A DNA stretch of 64,000 nucleotides. It comes from Callorhinchus milii. Lineage: Eukaryota. Position 1 is the first letter of the stretch. Every line of letters starts with the position of its first letter. The position numbers were made by a program, and so were the translations under genes. A model generated the notes under the pieces. The model had not been told where the DNA came from. It worked only from the letters and a program-made list of their open reading frames with translations, and did not search any database. Of the stretch, positions 57,401-64,000 are shown piece by piece. The stretch is from assembly GCF_018977255.1 (NCBI RefSeq), contig NW_024704746.1, positions 21,762,001 to 21,826,000 on the forward strand. The letters are read 5' to 3'.

Positions 57401-60400
57401 TTGCCAGAACAAACGCTAAGAATTGAAACTAATAAGAATGAAACTATTCATGAATTGAGACTCTTTTCCAGCAGAACGTGCCAGGGAAAAGGTTTCAAGC
57501 GCATCAAGGGGGTAGTTCATCTGGCAGGTTTAATGTGTTAGCTTTGAAGAGATGCTGCATCAGTCAAGGGAGCTGCTATGAACACAACTGATTCTCCGTG
57601 GCAGGCAGAAACAAGTCAGTTGAGGCGATTTGACCATTTCAGCATCTAAGACGTAAATCTGTTAGGATGTGACGGTCAGGGGTTGAATCCAATGAATTGC
57701 TGGCCATCGTTTGAAATGTTAGGACAGACACACGCAGAGCTCCAATTGTGCCCGAATATCTTCCTTTTTGAAGTGGCGATGCGCCAATTCTCTCTCTTCA
57801 CCACTATGTAACAAACGCCTAATCGTTTGCACCCAATGGCAGAGAGAGGCAGTAACGCAGTTCAAGAATATCAGTTAGTTTCGCCCACAAAATATACGGT
57901 CAATTCCACCTTACAGCATATTCTGTGAAGCGCTTTGAGACTCTCAAAGCCGCTACAAGGTGCTATATCAAATGGAAGGATTATTATTACTATTATTATT
58001 ATTATTAGGACTTGGCACTGATTTATTAGGTTTTGCTCATCCTCTGACCATTAGTTCTGTAAGAAATGCGACACATGTTTCTTAAACATCACAGGATAAA
58101 GTGGCCCGATCTAGAATTGTCTTGTGGTTTCTTTTTCTCGTTTGTTTTAAATGTCAATTCTCTTTCTGCAAAGTGCCATTTTATTGAGGTTTAAATATTC
58201 AGTTCATAAATTAAAGGCTGCTCCGTCTTATTATTTGAATAATCAGCTGGGATATGATTGTGGCAGAGCGAGGGGCGGCAATCTGTGGGCTGTGAATCGA
58301 GTTGATTGTCTTTAATTAGAAGTTCAGCTCTTTGGTAATTGGCATCTTGTTCTGAACATGATTTTCCGAGTAGAAAAGGTAAGATCTCGCTCTCCGCTTT
58401 GTTGTCAAGGTGACAGCTCAGCCGGCCTCAGTCGGTAGCACTCTCGCCCCTGAATCAGAAGGTTGTGGGTTCAAGCCCTGTGTCGTGAACGTTCTAGACT
58501 GACACTCCAACACAGCGCTGGGAGAGCACTGTCATGTCAGAGGTGCCGACCTTTAATGACCCACAAACAGCCATGAAGTAAAGGATCAATTTGATCTGAA
58601 GGATTTGTCGGCCAAAGACAGTTCAAGAGAGAAACGGGAGAAACTCCTTTCTCATTTTGAATCGTGCCACGGGATTTTTAACAGGAACAGGACAGGCAGA
58701 TGGGACTTTGGTTCAATTACTCATCCGAAGGACAGCACTTCCGACAATTCAACGCACACTTGGAGTGTCAGCTTAGACTGTGAGTACTCTCAGGAGTGAA
58801 CGTACATAGTCTGTTCAATATATTTCCATTAGGATCTTTTTAATATGCGCTTTATTCCACAAAACACTTATTTCAACTCACAAATTTCCTAGCCTTAGCT
58901 CTTCCTAACAGTATTTCTTGAAAACCAATTGATACGCCCCATTGAAAAGATTGTGGTATGTGGACTGAAGGAGGTTGATGACTGTTGGGTCCTGAGCGGA
59001 GGAGGTTTTTGAAGGAGGAATGAAGTAGGAGAGAGGACAAAGCTTCAGGGAACCTGCAGGTTGATGGAGCCAGGGCAAAGCTTCGACTACAACACAGAAG
59101 GCAACTATAATAATAAAAATAATCCTTGCATTTGACATAACACCTTATCATGTCGTTGAGACATCTCAAAGCGCTTCACAGAATGTTTGTAAAGAGAGGA
59201 AAGCCAGCAGCCATAAACATACATTCAGTAAAAACTGAGAAGATAACAACTTGTGCAAGAAGTGAATGACACTAGACTATCAGAGGCTTTAGATATGTCC
59301 CAGGCAATGACAACTGAATTACCAAAGTATCCAAGAGTAGAATTCCACAGGTGTAAATCACAAAAGCGACTGACATAGAGCACCGTACTGCAAACCATCC
59401 TAGTGATCAGGAATCTGGTTGGAATTTTGGAGGTAATGGATTAAGGACCTGGTGTAAGGGAATGTGAGACAAGAGTTTGAAGGCCAGAGGGATTTCTAAA
59501 GGCCAGGATGAACATAAGCAAATTGTCAAGAAGGTGGGTTATAGCAGAAGTGGACTAGAAGGCACAGGACAGGTACGAGTTCAGAGGCACATTCCTCAAA
59601 GACAAATTGAGCCCAGGGGATACAAGACCTGCCACACTGTGGTGGCAACACTCAACCAGGGACCCAGTGGTAATACAGAATGCAGCCAAGCAGGAAGTTC
59701 TTTGACAAAGTCATCACAGTTGGAGTCAAAGGAGCGAAAGAGGTCAAGTTTTTTCTTTAACAGAGCAGACAGCTGGCATTGTCACAACAGATGCTCGTAG
59801 GAAGGAGAATTCACAGACATATTGCAGTCACGGCTTTGGCAAAGAACCAGAGAGAAGAAATGCTGGAGAGGCTATCAAGATAAGGCCAATGTCCTTGTAT
59901 CCTTGTACTTGTATTGCACACACTCTGCATTTCAACTCAACCAAATGATTGTTGTAAAGACAGGTGTCGATGCTCAAATAGTTCATGCATAGTTTGCTCC
60001 GGCCCAGAAAGCGGGAGATATTTGGGCAGGAGACATGTTAAGGGGTAAAAGATCAGGGCAGTGGGTTTCAAAGATCTGCCAAGATCTAATTACCTTGTGG
60101 AACATGCTTGGTGAGTTGAATGTCCTCTTCCTCCTAGCTTCCCGTGCTTGTGCCGAGACCACCGATGACCACCGGTCTCTATTCAATGAGTAATCTTTTT
60201 GTTAAAACAATATTAGGTTACAAAACACAAAGTCGCTGCACTTCACAGTAAATCATGTGAAACACTTTGAGACGTCCCCCTGACGTGAAAGACCCTAAAT
60301 CAAACGCAAGGATTACTCTTTTTATTATTTGTGTTAATATTATTAGTAATATTATTAATAAATAATTCTTATCATTATTGCGTTCATTTTATTGCAGATT

Positions 60401-63400
60401 AGATCGCTCCATAGAGGTAGTTTCTATGTGTTTTTCAGTGGTAGATCAGCCTGACCAATAACACTGCCACGTTCTATTTTAATGGATGTTACTTTTCTTA
60501 TTATATTTGAACCTTGGAATAATGTCAGTTTCGCATGAATGTTGGGGTCACTTGATTTTCTTTACATTACTTCTGAAATTGGGTTTTGCAAAAAACAATT
60601 GACGTGTAATATATATATAATATATACAATATGAAAATCTGGATATTTTAAATAACAATGCAACAGTCACTTACAGACTTAAGTGATTCTGGAATGCAGT
60701 GGCTGGTTTTTTTTTGCTCCTGAATGATTTGCCCTGCTGTGCATGTCAGCTTTACAACACCCACCCCCGCTGGTATTGGGACTGAGATGAATGGTGGGTT
60801 TGTGTGCCAATCCTGCCATTATAACTTAATTTGATTATTAATGAGCACGATGCTAATGCCTGCAAGAAATAAATTCAAGGACATTGAAAATCTTTCTTTC
60901 TTAACAGCAGCACGATAGAAACAGACCTAAGACCCACTTACTTTTTTTTGGGGTGGTTCGTTTCCGAATCGGTTAGCAAATATTATATTCATTTATTATC
61001 AAAGTGAAGTTGACTTGGGCTCACGTTTATAATTCGTATAATACATGACGACCAAACACAAGGGATAGTGTGAGGCAGAAATCTTAAAGCCCAACAAAAG
61101 CAAACCAAAGATTACAAAGAAACAGCAGCTCTTTATTTGAAAGTTAATGAATTATTAAATATCTTTTGAATACTGAAGTAGATTTAGTTTTGAGAGAATC
61201 TAATCCCTTACTGGGCTCATGGCTATAGAATGGACGTTTTTGGTTTGCGGTTTGGAGGATGGAAGACTTTACTGACTTTAATACTTCCCAGATGCTTGCC
61301 AAAATAAATACTATCACATCCATGTGAGAAAATCAACAGCATGAATGTGGTGTACTAAAGCCACTTTATTCTACGAATGGCACAACGATAATAATATTAA
61401 TCCTCGCATTTGTTATAGCTCCTTTCCATATTGGTGAAACGTCTCAACGTCCTTCACAGGATTTACTGCAACGTGTAGTGACTGTGTACTTTGTAGGCGT
61501 ACAAAACTTTAGCTCATCTTTTTATTGGGTTCTTCCTCCTTCTCTCTGCAGTTCAACCCCACAGGCGATGGACTCACTCACTCACTAAATGGCATTTCTT
61601 CACAAAATAGTCCGTGTCAGCAGCTTACATGATTCTCGAGTTCATCGATACAGCTTCAATACCTTTTGCTGGGAATCTGAGCCACTGACTTGATACAAAC
61701 CTCTCAAAGTGCTTCACAGGATTCACTGTGAAGTGTAGTGACTGTTGGCAAACACCGACTGCTTCGATGGGGGAGAAATTTTTTAGATCTGCTCAAGGCT
61801 TGATCAATGTTTGGGTTTTGTATTCTATCTTTTGGTGGTCCTATGCCACGTCATCCTTTCGTATCCTTGTCTGTTTAGACAACTTTGAACAAGTGTTATT
61901 TGTTCGTGTAAGGATGGATTTCTCCCCCCACCCCCCCCGTCACCAGTATAGATAAAGCAGCAGAAGGATGACAAACAGAGCTTGTGGAGACAAGTGATGT
62001 ACAGTGAACCTGTCCAACATTGCCCAGATCTTTAGCTCAAGGAGACAGCTGTAAAGGGGCTGCAGTACAGGCTGATTAATGAAATGCCAGAAAATCCTAT
62101 TGAACACTCGGCCTGGCTGTCCCTTGACATGTCTGTTTCCCGGCCCTGAATTAAGTATTACACAATTATACTCTTCAATGCAACGGGTCATTCCATCTTA
62201 TTACCACAAACTTTTCGCAACCCTTAGGACCAAATGTGAGGAATCCCACCCTAGGATTTCACTGTTAAGTGTAATGACTGTATACTTGTAGGCAAACACA
62301 GCAGCTAAATTGTACTCAGTGGGATGAACAAACAACCACTGAGTGACCAATGAATCTGGCTAGGGTAACAGGAAAAAATCACCCTTCCCTTTTTGAATAG
62401 TGTCGAGGGATCTTTAACATTCATCTCCATCTGGCAGAAGTGAGCTTAGTCTATTAATGTGCCATTAGCGCTACTCTCATGACTGTGGGGCTGGAGTGTC
62501 AGCCTAGAGTGTGAGCTCAACATCTCGATGTGGGGGTGGAATCCAACATCCTTCCAACGCACCCGCTGAGAAAATCTACTGACTGAGTCAAGCTCAGACT
62601 TGCTGCATCACAATGTCATACAATCAACCCCATGGTGATTTCCATCAGCAATCTGCACGGCACTACAGTGGGTGACATTATTGCCCACCTGCGAAAAACA
62701 AGACATCGATCTCGGCTTATTTTCACAGATATTACTTTAGTCCTGACCAACAGAAGGGGCTTTAAACACAGCACTGAACACAAAAGATGCCTTTAGCTAC
62801 AGAAGGGGAACGAATATCGGGCTCCAAATAATAATTAATAAGTATAGACGAGAGCCCTGCTAATTCCAAATCTATGGTTCTTTTTTAATGCCTTAATACA
62901 GAAGCTAATTGATACGAGTGAGTGTGTAATTATTTCATGATCTGGAGGCTTTTTTAAATTACCCTTGATTACTTTAAATTTTAAAGTATTGTTTCTGACT
63001 TAAAGAACTGGTCGCAGTTTTAATCTTTGCAATTTATATCTTTACTCCCCCTCCTGTTCGCTAAAGCTCCACCTATGGTTGAAGGACTGAACACTTCACT
63101 TAAAGGGATACCCTAATTTATCATTTCATCTGAAGGCAGCACTCCTCCACAACGGTATGAAAGTGTCCGCCTAGACTGTGAAATAGGGCATGAACTCCCA
63201 CATTTTTGCCCCAGGGGAGAGAGACAGCCTGACATCTAATAATAATAATAATACTAATAACACTAATAATCCTTGCATTTGATATGGCGCCTTATCACAT
63301 CGTTGATACGCCTCAAAGCGCTTCACAGAATACACTGTAAAGTGTAGTGTCTGTCTACTTTACACAATGTTTGATATTTGGGTTCGTTTGTGAAGGGGTA

Positions 63401-64000
63401 GTACAGAGTAAGGTTAAAGGAGAGATTATCAATGTTCAGTAAGTCTTTACCGGCCTCTATTGATCTTGAATGGGTTAAAACATATATAATAAACGAGTCT
63501 TAGCTTTATTTGTATGTTGAGAGCCAAAGCCAGCCCTATCCATGTACCCTATGAGTTCTTATTTGTGAATTTTCCCCCCAGTGAAATATGGTATATGTTA
63601 TGTGCATAACTTTGTAAAAGTCGTACATGTTTGTGGGAATGTTTGCAAGGAGTTATAGGAAAGACACAGGATCATTTTGCTGAAATAAGGTGTGATTAAC
63701 ACGGACACTATGGTGTCAGAATCCTACTGTTGTGTTCTTAGATTCAAGCGTTAATCTCTACTCAGTCAGTCAATACACTGCATTTGACTCTTCTTTTAAA
63801 TGGTGAGAAATAGGAATGAACGACTTGAATGGGTCAAAAAATATAATAAGCGCTCTGGGACACTACCCGTGTGAAGGGCACTATATAAATGCAAGTTATT
63901 GTTGTTGTCTCAGTACTGTAGCACATCGTGGCACTAATATGCTTTGATTCACAGAGAATACTGGAGCCTAAACAGTCCTGATTGCAGGTTCTTGTCTCTT

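Noticed and set aside
57618-57640. Partial similarity to fish miR-727 (GTTGAGGCGA...)
   Set aside because: The match breaks after the first 10 nt and no complementary arm forms a precursor hairpin.
33830-64000. CFAP57/WDR65 expected head-to-head with EBNA1BP2 as in human
   Set aside because: No exon resembling CFAP57 was recognised on the + strand; short diverged exons cannot be excluded without tBLASTn.

Overview
Vertebrate genomic DNA, probably from a cartilaginous fish: the dominant tRNA-head/(ATT)n-tail SINE and the DeuSINE, L2, CR1 and Penelope relics resemble those of elephant shark/chimaera (inference). The first 33 kb holds three spliced genes reconstructed by eye from splice sites and reading frame. 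(1) The last 9 coding exons of an intact but unusually divergent AP-1 mu1-family adaptor subunit (+, 133-6736). (2) A complete 13-exon, 494-aa Cdh1/FZR1-type APC/C co-activator (-, 8439-16193) with altered regulatory sites. (3) A complete 9-exon, 311-aa EBNA1BP2 (-, 26275-32896) with a GC-AG intron. The remaining ~31 kb has no recognisable gene; it is retroelement debris interleaved with repeat-free, homeodomain-motif-rich islands that look like enhancers, plus two assembly gaps. Best leads: the mu1 and Cdh1 genes may be 2R ohnologues lost in mammals with rewired function; a young inverted SINE pair brackets a 750-nt, stop-free, frame-preserving EBNA1BP2 exon block (circRNA candidate); two Penelope-type relics carry decayed hammerhead ribozyme cores. 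All comparisons to human proteins use recalled sequences and need confirmation by alignment.
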